Shown here piece after piece: positions 1-11,400 of a DNA stretch of 64,000 nucleotides. This stretch comes from Eutreptiella sp. 'Long Island Sound 2002'. Taxonomy: Eukaryota > Protista > Euglenida. How positions within the stretch are numbered: position 1 is the first letter of the stretch; each line of letters opens with the position of its first letter. Below the pieces are notes generated by a model. The model was not told the origin of the DNA. It saw nothing but the letters and a program-made list of their open reading frames with translations, and made no database searches. The DNA is taken from NCBI GenBank assembly GCA_964036045.1, contig OZ038378.1, positions 175,770,001 to 175,834,000 of the forward strand, written 5' to 3'. Both the position numbers and the translations under genes were made by a program.

Positions 1-443
1 CCGTGCAAGGAGCAAGGCGTTGCTGTCGAGAAGGTTGCTGATGGTGCTCACAAGCAGTGCTGGGGCGGCCGGCTGCAAAGGATCACTCATGAAAGGCTAT
101 GCCTATTGAACGGTGAGAATGGTGCATTGGGGGGTGTCGACAGAAACGTGTAGCACAAAACGACCCGAATCTTGCACAAATATGACCGAACACGGCAGGC
201 ACAAGCACCTGAACGGGTTTTACTCCGTCGACACCGATTCGCTTCGAGTGCGATCATCGAACCAATAATTGGAATATACTCGAATATATTCTAAAACCCA
301 GAAAAGGAAGTGGGATCACCCAAAATCGTAGTGTAAAACTCCCAAACCTATACACATTTGATCCAATTGGCTAAATCGCGACAAGACTGTCGCATGCGTA
401 ACGGACCCTTTTGCACGGTAGAGGGGGAGCTAGGTGGGTATTT

Positions 444-549
444 GGCTTAAGCCAGTCCGGCGATGGCTTAAGCCAGTCCGGCGCCTGGCTTAAGCCGCAG
501 CGCCGCGGCTTAAGCCAGCCGGCGCCGCGGCTTAAGCCAAAATTAAGCC
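444..549. repeat. Subterminal array of the 10-bp palindrome GGCTTAAGCC
   Basis: Copies at 444, 465, 487, 507 and 529, plus a partial copy at ~541; spacing 21/22/20/22 bp. Confidence 0.95.
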
Positions 550-885
550 GCGGCGCTGCGCCTGTTCAGCCGCTGAAGTACCACAGACGAAAAATGAGAA
601 CGCAACAGAATTTAACAGAAATTTCGATGTAAAATGGTTAACGCATTCATATCAAACCATGAATGATTGTGTTTCGACGAATATACCCTTGATTGGACGA
701 TGTAACCATATCTTGACACCATTGTTTGAAATTTTGGAGATACATTCATCAAGTCACAAGGACCATTGGGCAATGCTACATACCCAGTTTCGCAGCCGAA
801 CCATGCATGTACAAGGAGTTATTTGAGGTCGTTTTTTTTTGCATTTTGTGCTTGTTATGTGTTGTATCTTTGATATTTAGACCAC

Positions 886-3525
886 ATGGAGGGCCCAGGA
901 GGTCAAGGAGTCATTGAGGAAGAAGTGGAGTATGAGTCCTCGGATGATGATGAGCCCATCAAGCAACAACGGGTAGGAACCGAGGCAATGCAACGGCCGC
1001 AGTACCAAACCCCGCAATTTGTTAAGCAAATAGACAAGATGACCCGGGACAAGCTTGGTGAAAAACAAAAGATGGTGAGACCTGATTTTGTAGTGCCCTA
1101 CACCAACCTCAATACCAACATGCGTAATCATCCCTTATTGTATGTGGCTCCAATGATCTATGTGTGGGATCCCCCAAGTCAATATGGTGTTCAAGTGAAG
1201 TGTCAAGGAGGTGATCACAAGATGCACTTGAACCAATGGCGTGATTGTTTGGCATATGATCTAGGCGGGCCCGTGTACCTTCGGAGGAGATTTTTGAAAT
1301 GCCAAAAGGCCACTTGCAAGGTCGAACCCAAGACAATGACCGTTCGGGCGGAAGGACTAGAATTTTATCCTTTTCTACACACCGCCAAGCGCGCGTTCAC
1401 GAAGCGCTTGAGCGACTTCGTGATCGCGGCTTGCGTGAACGGGACGCCACTCTCCAAGATTCAACAAGATATATTGGAAACCCAAAGGCAAGAGTGGTTG
1501 AGGAAAAAGTTGGAGTTCCAAATGAACTTCACAATGACTCAAACAGAAGGGGAACGCCGCGCAATTTTCTTGGGCCAAGAAATCCCGTATCCGGAATTTA
1601 TCAAGTTCGAAGATTACATGTACGTCCCATGCCGTGCATTAATCAAAGAAATTATTTTACAACATTGGGAGCGGTACAAATATTTCTACTTTTGGCACAT
1701 GGCAATGATGGGTGCTGACAAGTGTTCGGCGGACATGACATTCAAAAGGGCTAAATTCATCGTCACCAAGCAAGGAAAATGTTATGCACCCCAATGGAAA
1801 GGAGTTTACCAAATCCTCAACGAAGCCGGCATGGTCATTAGTTGGGCATTCACTCGAACACAAGCCACCCAAGTGTCACAAGTATGTAGGTGAATCCTTA
1901 CGGTGTTTGTTTTCTTCTACATCATCATGTAACAATGTTTGTTGGTTTGCATTAGGTGGAAGAAGTTGCCGCGCGGCCCAATGTGCAAAGCAATTTGGAG
2001 TGGCATTGAGACAATTGTTGCCAAGAGAAGGACAAAATACAAGAATCGTTTGCCAAAGCAGGAAAAACCGTTCAAGTGAAGCTCGACAAAGCCCACGCTG
2101 TCTTCCGGTTTGTATTCTTAAAGCAAAAACGATTCACTATTATCTTTGTATGCACACATTGTCATTGCTTGCATTATTTGCTAGATTGAACAAGCCGATT
2201 CCGAAGTCCAAGCCATTTTCCGCGGACCATCGTGAAGCCGTCTCCGATGTCTTCCGTGGCACCGGTGTCGGGAGCAAGACGACGCGTGCATCGAGCTCGC
2301 GTACGAACGAAAAAGAAGAAATGATTACGATGCTAAATGCTCTTGTGACGCCCTCTCGCCTGAACTTGTATAGTGCGACGGCTAGTGGTGATTTATGCCG
2401 TGAGGTTAAAAACATGCTTGGTCACATTCGTGCAGGATGCATTGTGGATTGCTTTTACGTGGGTTCACAATTGGATGAGATTTTGCATCGTGCTCAGAAC
2501 CAAGCTGTAATCTCGGGCAATCTTGGTGTAGCACTAGGAGAAGCATTGCTTGGATTGTTTTTGCATGGTTATAATTCACGCTTGTTTCAACGGCTATATA
2601 AAGAACGGTCTATCAATGAGATTCGCTTTGACCGCATTTGCCCACATTTGTTGAGGGATCCTCTTTCAAGCCCCATGGATTGTCATGTAATGGATATTGA
2701 TTTGGCCAAACTAAAACCCCCTAAGGGTGTGCATTTTGGTATTGTTCCGAATGCTGACTTGGGCGGTTCGGAGTCCAATGCATTGCTTGAGGTTGCTGCA
2801 GAGAATGTGACGGAATATGACGAATACACACTCGCGCGTGATGCATTGGAAGGCGTTCATCCGGCTAATATGGAGGCCATTGTGGATGAGGATGATGGTG
2901 AGATAGAGGTTAATCTCCCTCAAAAACATCCTCACAACACTCTTTCAGCAGAGGAGAAGGCCGAGGCCAATGCTAAGAAAGCAAAAAACAAGGTGAGTGC
3001 CACAGAATATTTGCATTCCAAGAAGCAATGTGTCACACGCCTCAAGTGGAATGATTCCGAGAAGGCATTGTTTTCTATCCTTGCTCCTCGCTTTCCCAAA
3101 GGTGACTCGGTAGATTTTCCTGCCATGACACTTCTCTGGAACAATGTTCTCAAGGCGGATGGTTGGTTTGAGGGTTTGCAGTATGACTTGAATCCACGTG
3201 ATCGTGTAGCACTCAAGAACCACCATGATTATCGGAACAAGAAACAGGCACAGCAAGTTAAGTTATTACCCCAGCAGAGGTGCAAGATATGACACAACCG
3301 GTTGCCCAACAAGCCACTCAACCCCCACCTCCTCCCAATCCCACACCATCATCCACACAAGCTCCCACACAAGTTGCAAGTGATATGCTTTTGATGATTC
3401 AGCAGGTTGATTCTCACTTGGCTCAGTTGTATGCTCGGACTGCATGTGGTAAACAACTTTCGCCAGCTGAGTTGCATCAGTGTAAGCAGCTTTTGGAGTG
3501 GCGGGCTCACGTGTCGAAGAACTAA
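886..3525 (+). pseudogene. DDE transposase (~829 aa reconstructed) with one in-frame TGA and one frameshift
   Basis: Exons 886-1881, 1956-2107, 2185-3525; GT-AG introns 1882-1955 (74 nt) and 2108-2184 (77 nt) keep frame. Motifs: N-terminal Cys/His cluster (WDPP..KC..DH..C..C), ADMTFK, YQILNEAGMVISW, WH*DNCC, VKLDKAHAVFRL (DxxH), GGSESNAL, C-terminal E..LF..L..D..M..WN. TGA at 2007-2009; a 1-nt shift at ~3278 joins ORF 1784-3292 to ORF 3280-3525. Confidence 0.8.
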
Positions 3526-5428
3526 GGACATTTCAAATTTCATGTCTGAGTTTTATGTTCCATGCCTTCAGGGTTTGCCTGTGTGAGGTTGGGTTTGCCA
3601 CTGCTGAGGTCCGAGTCAAGTCACAAAACCCCTCCCCCATCCCCCCCAAAATATACCCATATGAGCTTTTTGGGTCCCCAAGATATACCCATATGAGGGT
3701 TTTTCCTTCCACCACTTTTAGGATACCCACCTAGCTCCCCCGGTACCTTTTGCACCGCTGTGGGATTCAAATAGAAACAATCGGCTCTAAAATCCGAACC
3801 ACTGAAACTCTAATTGGCATGTAAATTGCGATTTTGAATTCGCCCTCCAAATTTTAAATTTTCAGGAAATTCCATAATAATTTGAACAGCAAGCATAATT
3901 GAGCTATGCTATGCCTATAGCATGAGCATAATTCAGCATCATTCCTCTGGATAAGTTGAGCTACCATGCACCCGTCGACTTTGGCACAGTTATGTATTAC
4001 CCCGTCGTTCTGTTTTTTTTTTCAGACGCTGTTCTTTGAAGGCTGATGATTTGAGGAGTCCCCCATGATCAGGACCCTTTGCAACATAACACGTCATTAG
4101 CTGGTGTCTCCTGATCGCAGATGACAACTGTGCGAAACAACTTTTCCTTCCATCGGCCGAAAACCCTGCCACATACGTCCGCAATATCCAACGTGAACAC
4201 ACCGAAGAGTAAACTCCCTGCTCTCGCGAAGACGTATCCGCACTCTGCCCGCAATCCACCATCATCGCTACCTGCCATACCCACGTATGAATCGGCACGT
4301 GTCAACGCTGGGCGAAGTGGTTGGCCCCCACAAGAGGATGGTGCAGGTATCTTGATGCGCTTAATGTGGCGTGCTTCGTGGCTTATGCCCGCAATCAGCA
4401 TGCCAGCTCCACATTTTGCTGTCACAGCCAACAAGATTGGAGCAAGGTTTTTCGAACCTGCACCTCCGACTGAGAGTTCCCGCTCCCGCAGTCGGTTGCG
4501 AAATCCTCTTCGGGTATGCTTGTGCCCCTGGAGTTATGGGTCGCCCCATGTGCTTTGCATACAACGGCAAACAAGCAACGGTGTGACTCTTCCTGCACTG
4601 AGAGCATTTGGCTGCAATGAATATGTGCCATCGCTTTCGCGGTGATGCACCTCCAAAAAAACGTTCCCAACACATTCATTGAACAAGTGTGACGGTGCTG
4701 ACGAGCAAACTCACACCACGCTCCATATCCCTCGTGACACCCTCGTGACACAACGCGTGTGGGAAAACGAAAAGTAGCTTTTTATTGGACTTGCTTCAGC
4801 GAGGCTCTTGAACCCCAGAATTTGCCAAGCGTCGATTCATGAGGGCTAGGCACAAGTAGCATTCCGCACGTTGACACGGAAAAATGCAATAACCTTAGCA
4901 GTATGGTCAGACTGGTCGTACTCTGATCTTGCCACCCTTTTTTCTACTTGCCTTCGTTTGCAACACCTTGGACCGTTGCGACTGCACATTTTGACATCAA
5001 TACTGGTGTGTGTTACAGAAATTTTTGTTTCCTGATCGGCACAGCGATTTTCCGGGTCCTGGCAAAACTTTGGATACAAACCTGAAACATACGTTTCGAG
5101 CCTTGTGCAATCAAGCTGCTGAGGACGACTACCCTGTGATGGTTAGTTGAGGCCACGGTGCAGGGGGGCGCTGGTTTCCTGCCGTTTGCGTTGGAAACCC
5201 CCAAGAATCCGCGGCACCAACGAAGGGAAACTCTGAGGCGAGAAGTGCGACAGGAGAAGGCGTTGCAAGGCAAGAGCCCCGACATGCACGGGGCACGACC
5301 CCAAAAGCGCAGGGGCAGTCACAGACAGACTTTGCCACTCGAAATGGGTTGAAAAAACACCTCCCAAGGACAGAATTTCTGCCACAAGACGTTGCAGCTC
5401 GGTTGCACTTTCTTCTCTTGCTTCACAG

Positions 5429-8400
5429 GGAAGTGTCCCGCAATCTTCAAGTGCTGAGGGTCAACGGTTTTGGACTTCCAGTTTTTCCGACGATAAGCCA
5501 GCTGGCGCAAAGGAGCCCAACGATCTGAATGCCCTGATAGAGTCAGAAGCTTCTTGTCGTTTTCGTATCAGCAACTCAGAACAAACCGAGAGAATCTGGA
5601 AATTTGATTTGTTGTGGCGCCGTGCTCTTGCCAAGGACGCCGAAGTGGAATCGAAAGTGCAGGAAACCATTAGAAATTCAACAAGAGTTCAAGGTTCGAG
5701 ACGAGAAAATGCGGCAGAAATGGAAAGCCGACGCCTCGGTCTGCTCAGAGCAGAAGATTCTTCCCGCAAACGTATCCTTACTTTAGAGCAGGAGGATCGT
5801 GCGCAGGCCGTCAGTGTTTCCCGCTACGTAATTTTCCGACAAAGAAAGGAAGAGGAGGAGGTGGGGCCTGGCAGTACAAAATCGACGGTTCAACCTAGAG
5901 GTCGGTCCTTGGCGCGTGCCACGGAAGACTTGCTCTTGCAGAAGGTGGTTGAGTCTGAAGATTTGGGTCGTTTGCATATTGTGAAGTTACAAGAGCAAAC
6001 GTGGACGCAATTGACCACTGCCTGGACCAGCACGAAAAGAATGTTGCTCGCTCAACTCAAAAGGGTCAGGGAAAGCACACGGCGTGAGAAAGAACGAGAA
6101 CGGGAGAGGGAAACGTTGAAAGAACGGACCCGCGAGCGTGAGCGAGTGATGGAGGAGAGGAAGGTTTCGGTCGACGTAAGCGGAACAACGGAAGGGCACG
6201 CTGAATCTTCAAGACAAGATCGGCGCGACAGTTGGGACAGCCTAGAACGCCAAAAGCAGGGCTTGGTCGATGCGGAAGACATGCGCCGCATGACGATTTC
6301 GGGACAATGTGACCGGAGCTTGGAGGAAATTACAGTCCTGTGGCGGACGATGTGTGCCAAGGTGATCGAATGGGAGGTGCGGCGGAAAGACAAGGAGAGA
6401 GAGTTGCAGATTGAGCAAGAGAGCAGGCAACGAGAAAGGAAAAGGCAGGCCGATTGGAAGCAACAGGAAAAAGTTGCGAAAGATCGGGAGTTGGCTGCTG
6501 TCGGACGTGCATTTGAAAGTCGGAAGCAGGGTTTGTTGGAGGCTGAGGACATGTCGCGGCTGCGGACGGTCAGTCTCGAGCAGCACGCTTTCGCAAATTT
6601 AGTGGGGCTGTTCCGGACAGGGGCTAGCATAGCCAATTTGCGTGCCAAACCTCAACCTCCTCCAGACTCGTCCACCGGTTCAAACGAAAGAAGGCAGCAA
6701 CAGGAAGCAGCCGAGGCGCAGGAAGCCAAGGAGAAGGCGCGAGTCTTGGAGACGAAAAGGCAGATGCTATTCGAATCGGAGGACATGTCCCGTTTGCGGT
6801 TCACGAACACTGAAACGCAGGAGTGGGCAGATCTCATGCATCAGCACCGGCTGCGCACACCAGTATCCAAAACACGGGGTTCCAGAGGTGGGGCCAGCCG
6901 CTCGCGCAGCGGGTCTGCCAGCCGCTCGCGCAGCGGGTCTGCCACTCGCCCGAACAGCAGCACGACGGGAGGGCAACGCCCGAACAGCAGCTCCGCTTCG
7001 AGCAATGCTGCAAAGAGATCATTTGAACCCAAGAGGCAAGTCTTGCTAGAGTCCGAGGACATGGCACGGCTGCGCATTTCATCAACACAGCAGCAGGACT
7101 ACGCGAGTCTTCTTCAATTGTTCCAATCCGACCTGGCCAAGCTGGAGGCGGGGGCGGAACGGGAAAAGGCTGACAGGCAAAGGTCAGAAAGGGAGATGGC
7201 TTTGGAGAGCCGCCGCCAAGGTGTGTTCTGGTGCTCTGAGAACCTGCAGTTTGCTTGTCGGTGTGGCGTTCAGTTTCAGAGTTTTCAATTTTGTTGGTTC
7301 TTCTCGCTGCTCAAGTGCCAAGAAGCAGCTTTTTAGAGTCTCATGCAAACCGAAATTGTGCCGAAGGTGTACACACCGCAAGATGTTGCATACTACATTG
7401 GCCAGATTCCTCCCCCGGGGTAGCTGGCGTACAACGGGAATCAAAACATTTACTAACACACCATGAGGCTATTCAATAAATTCAACCAAGGTTGCTATAC
7501 CAATATACCAAAACACAAATTGAACCCACCCCCTGGACCCCTGCTGTCATGTCCATCGTATTGCAGGGCTCCTTGAATCGGAGGACATGCGGCGCCTGCA
7601 CATCAGCGTCATGGAGCGCGAGCAGTTCGGGCCGCTTGTAAAAGCCTTCCAACACGGGGTGAGGCAACGGAACGGCACGCGGCAGCGACCCGAGAGCAGC
7701 TCGCGACACAATAGCCGGAGGGAGTCGCGAGGACTCGGCACCCAGCAGCAGCAGCGGCAGTCGCAAGAGGCGGAGCGCAAGAAGCCGCAGCAACCGGGGG
7801 AGAACCAGCCACAGCAGCACGCCCACGTTTGGGAGGACCAGCAGCGGATGTTGTTCGACGCAGAGGACATTGCGCGCATGCGCGTCAGGGCGGTAGAACA
7901 GATAGAGAGGAAGGAGGTTGTGGCGGCGTGGCTGGCGGATAAAGGCCCGGACGCGTCAGCGACCGATGCACTGCAGCGGAAGCAGCTGAAGCTTTTCTAC
8001 AGCGCGCAGCTGCACAGCGAGCAGCAGGATGCTGACGTTAACCACACACGGCCCGGATCTGCGAGCCTGCGCGCCGCGGCTTCTGCCAGCCGGGGGTCCA
8101 TACAGAGCACCGGTGGAGGGGCTTCCACCCCGCCGGCCGAACGGCGCCACTTTACGCCACCGTCCGTGGCGGGTCAGCGCACACCGCCGCCTGCCCCGTC
8201 GCCCGTCCGCTATGCGCAGTCACAGGCCGAGTCTTCACCGAACCGCAAGGGCTCGGGTGTGTTGCGCCCCCACCCTGAGCTCACGCACAACCAGCAGGAA
8301 CACTGTTTTAGCACAGGCTGCACTGGAAACGACAGACTGAAGGAGACAAGCGACAGCTGTGCGCAGTGGGGCATTCCGCTCTCACCCACAAAATTCCACC

Positions 8401-11400
8401 CCCCCCCCCCAGCCCCCTTCACCACCCTCCTCCCACTCCCTGTTTTGAAGTCATGTGCCTTTGAGTGGTTGCAATCCAGTAGCCCTTGGTAGGTGGCTGG
8501 GTCTACCAAAGGTTCCACCTGTACTTTTGCTTTGCACGTGAATGAGGTTTACCCCACCCCCCTCCCCGCCCATTCACCCACACACGTACCCTCACAACCG
8601 ACAACAGCCGCCCAAAAGCCGCCGTTGGGGAGAGTTCCCTCCCCGCCGGTATGGGTGTCCACTTGGACGCACTTGGCCAATGGCGGGGACGAAAAGGGGA
8701 AGTGGCGAGAGGCCAATAGGCACCGCCAGCTGCAGACAGCAATACAACCAGGCGTCATGCCAAACAACCGCTTTCCCCCAGCTGGTGATGTGTCAAAAAT
8801 ATTCGCCCCCTCCCCCCCCTTTCCGCATTTCCTTCAGCTTCAGCTCACGTGGGAGGAGGATGAGGAGGGCAAAACCAGACTCTCCACAGGGGTACATTTC
8901 AGGGAAGGGAGCTACGCATTACCATTAGACGGTACCGGGTGAAAGAGAGTGTGATTTTAGACACCCAGCGACTGGGGGTGCTGACAGGACAGTATGTGCA
9001 GGCCATCAGGCTGTGCTCCACAGTGAGGAGATTCAAGGAGGCTGTACAAACGGTCACAACATGTGCAAAAGATCACGACAGCAGCAATGAGGAGAGGCTA
9101 TGGGATGAGGGAACAGAAAAGGAAAAGGACATGGGGCAAATTCCTGAGACTGTGGCGGGGGGCGCAGGAGATGGTAATGGGTGAAATAGAACTATGGTTT
9201 GGGAGGATGACCAAGGGTGAGAACGGAAGTGCAGAAGGAGGAGGTGAAGGCGCGAAGGTGTTGAGATGGGTGGGACTGCAAGAAGAGTGGATGTCCTTTC
9301 GCAAACACCCAAATACCCACAGACAAAATTTTGGGAGCAATTTCCCCAGACACAGCACCACAACCCTGACCGCACACCCCCAGCAACAACCGCAGCAACA
9401 CCAACCACAGCGCCAATGCCACAGCAACACCGACACCAGCAGAGGGCAGCCCAGGACAGCCTAGGGCAGCCCAGATAAGCCGCTTGGGGCACCGCAGGCC
9501 TAGGGTGATGCGCCAGCAAAAACTCAAGAGGGGGGGGGGGGCGAGGCCGCGGACTTCTCCCTCGCCCCAACTGTGGGGACGCGTACGAAGGGGAACTAGC
9601 CTCGGTCCCAAACCCTTAGTTTGACAGCGGGCGCTACGTGCATGGTCTACCACCGCCGCGCGAGCAAAGGCCATCCAGCGAGCAAACATCATGAAAATAC
9701 GCCCAGGACAGACTAGGACAGACTGGGATATGTGGGCCAGCAGAAGCAAGTGGCCAAAACCACCAACACCAAGTACACCGACACCAACAAGGAGCCCCCT
9801 TGAGCCAAGACCTTCCTCCTCAAGGGCAAGGAGGGGATAGGGCGCAATGACCACCCCCCTCACCCCCCTCCTCCTCCCCTACCCCCTCCCCACAGTAGCA
9901 CGTTCCCGCGCCGCCCTTTACCCCCCAAGACAGGACGAACATGGAGAGCCCAGAGGAAACTCGGCAGGGGGAGAGGGAAACACAAGGGCCAGATAACAGG
10001 GCAGGGCAGACGGCGCTCGCAGAAAATGGTGCAGAGCGCAGAAGGAGGCAAAGGAAAGGACAAAAGGGAAAGAACCATTGTGGTTGTTGGAAGCCCTTGT
10101 CAGGAAAATGATCCTGCAGATGCACACACTGGCGCGCACAAGTCAGTGCTGGAGCCGGCAAACCCAGCATGGACTCAGATGCATCTGCATGCACCTGGTC
10201 AATGGCACGGGGAACAGCCTGTCTCTGGGACAGCCGATCCCGGAGGAGTCAAACAGGACAAGTCATCCAGGGGCTGCGTTGACACAAGCAAAACACCTTC
10301 AGACCCACAGAGGGTCAGAATGTGCAAGGGTGAGAGGCGACCTGAAAATTGCTCTGCGGGGGGGGGGGGGGGGGGGCATGAACGCCCGCCGAAGGAGGGG
10401 GGGGGGGGGGCTGGAGAAATGGACGTCCGTGCCGGGCCCCTTAACAAGGGGCAGTTTTGTAGGTTTGTTTGAAAATCACCTCGAAGAGAGGTTGTTAGAT
10501 CAAGCGCTGGATATCACTTTTTTGAGGGGGGTGGGGGGGATGGAGGTGGGGTGGGGGGTCAAAAGTTTTTGCTCAGAAGCCTCTAAGCAGTGGGGACGCA
10601 CAATGTCAGCACACAGCTGCTGGTCGAATGGTAACGCAGCCGACGGAAAGTTTTTGGTCGGCGGTTCGAATCCTGGTCGGCTGACTGTTGGCGGCGGCGG
10701 CGGCCTAAAATTCACCCTGCCGGGGTTCGAACCGCCGACCCAAGCGGCTTCGGGCGGCTGCACCACCACTCGGTCACTGCTCAGTCTGAGCGAAGGGTCT
10801 CCCCAATGCTTGGGGCCGTATCTGCCACTGACAAAAAACCAATGCGGTAAGGCGCGGTTAGGCCTGGGTGGGGCGCTGCATGGCAGCCGGAAGTGACCGG
10901 GGGTCATTGTACCCTTAAACAAAAGTACCCCCCCCCCCCGCTGGCAGTTGGTAACTATGGTTCCGGCACGGCGACCAAGGAGGGGGGGGGGTTTGGAAAA
11001 TGGGCGTTCATGCCCCCCCCCCCCTGCAGAGCAATTTTCTTCCCGCCAGAGGCCAATAGGCACTGCCAAAGGCAAACCAACCAACACCATGGTCTTGTGC
11101 CAACCCTCCACCCCCCCCCCCTCCGCCATCCCAGGGCAGCACCACAGCAAAGAGGAAAATAAAAGAAACCCTCCCCCCCCACCCGAGTGTTTTCGGGCAC
11201 CGCCTCCTCAGGGGCAACAGAGGGTCAGCATGGATGCAATTTTGTGGGTGAGCACAGAATGTCCTTCCCATTGCTCACAATTGCAGCACCCCTACCAGCA
11301 CTACATGTCACATCCAGTCATTCCCCAGATTGCAAAGCCCGAATGGCGCCTCCACCACATCTGATGTGGGAAATTGTAACACAAACCTAGGGGGTTTGGT

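Larger units (their letters stand above)
423..3741 (+). mobile_element. 3.3-kb TIR DNA transposon, Dada-like / MuDR-hAT-P-Kolobok-Dada (C/DxxH) transposase group
   Basis: Perfect 19-bp TIRs GGGGGAGCTAGGTGGGTAT (423-441) and ATACCCACCTAGCTCCCCC (3723-3741) enclose a single spliced transposase gene. Confidence 0.85.

Noticed and set aside
133-235. Small MITE bounded by GGTGTCGAC / GTCGACACC
   Set aside because: Only 9 bp of inverted match, partly a palindromic SalI site, and no TSD.
2007-2009. TGA recoding (Trp/Cys/Sec) in the transposase
   Set aside because: All three host genes end in TGA, so TGA is a normal stop here; no SECIS was recognised.
1784-2184. N-terminal part of ORF 1784-3292 as real protein
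   Set aside because: It runs through two introns and the wrong frame of exon 2; only 2185 onward is coding.
3752-3775. tRNA 3' end on - next to the right TIR (TTTGAATCCCACAGCGGTGCA)
   Set aside because: No complementary T-stem 5' strand, D arm or anticodon arm.
5158-5352. First exon of the coiled-coil gene
   Set aside because: No phase-0 GT donor was found to join acceptor 5428.
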